In this document: piece after piece, positions 47,704-47,786 of the stretch
How positions within the stretch are numbered: the stretch's first letter is position 1
Layout: every line of letters begins with the position of its first letter
Assembly: GCA_039679545.1 (NCBI GenBank)
Contig: JBDKUT010000015.1
Span: 1 to 47,786, forward strand
Length of the DNA: 47,786 nucleotides
Origin: Thermotogota bacterium
Lineage (GTDB): Bacteria; Bipolaricaulota; Bipolaricaulia; UBA7950; UBA9294
Direction of reading: 5' to 3'
Position numbers and translations under genes: made by a program
The notes under the pieces: generated by a model
Seen by the model: the letters and a program-made list of their open reading frames with translations, nothing else
Database searches by the model: none
What the model was told of the DNA's origin: nothing

Positions 47704-47778
47704 CAAGGGCAAACCAGGGGTGACCCTGGGACGCAAAGCTACGAGCCTCGGGCGACCGAGGTAGTCGAGCTGCCGAGG
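47694..47778 (+). ncRNA. c-di-GMP-I (GEMM) riboswitch aptamer B
   Basis: AGGGCAAACC-aggg-GTGA-ccct-GGGACGCAAAGCTACGAGCCTCGG-gcga-CCGAGGTAGTCGAGCTGCCGA; G at the position equivalent to Vc2 G20. Confidence 0.92.
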
Positions 47779-47786
47779 CGCCTAAT

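Noticed and set aside
47624..47778. 3',3'-cGAMP (GEMM-Ib) specificity
   Set aside because: Both aptamers have G, not A, at the discriminating position before GCAAACC.

Overview
A high-GC, gene-dense bacterial window with about 47 protein-coding genes. I saw no rRNA, tRNA, CRISPR array or transposase. The gene style (C-terminal-Phe beta-barrel-like proteins, an archaeal-type dockerin, a stand-alone RHH protein) suggests Candidatus Bipolaricaulota/Acetothermia, which is an inference only. Left part: secreted or membrane hydrolases (one with a Ser-to-Gly nucleophile), an M20 peptidase, a 25-aa stand-alone peptide and an HpnB-like glycosyltransferase. These are followed by a BMP-type nucleoside ABC transporter, a PhnD/C/E/E ABC transporter with RDD-like fusions, pdp and cdd. 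Middle: acyl-CoA synthetase, yigZ-ruvA-ruvX, prfB with its +1 frameshift, rsmI, a two-component system and an OsmC/ArsR/glutaredoxin divergon. Right ~11 kb is the best candidate for an undescribed system, a c-di-GMP-centred surface module. It holds a PAS-GGDEF-EAL enzyme, a chaperone-like/dockerin plus pilin-like pair, and a beta-helix/OpuAC protein, then a HAMP-degenerate-GGDEF receptor (RxxD kept), then a subtilisin. Beside it are two c-di-GMP-I riboswitch 5' halves that seem to share one canonical 3' strand. Start codons were re-picked by eye where SD or promoter context argued against the ORF track.
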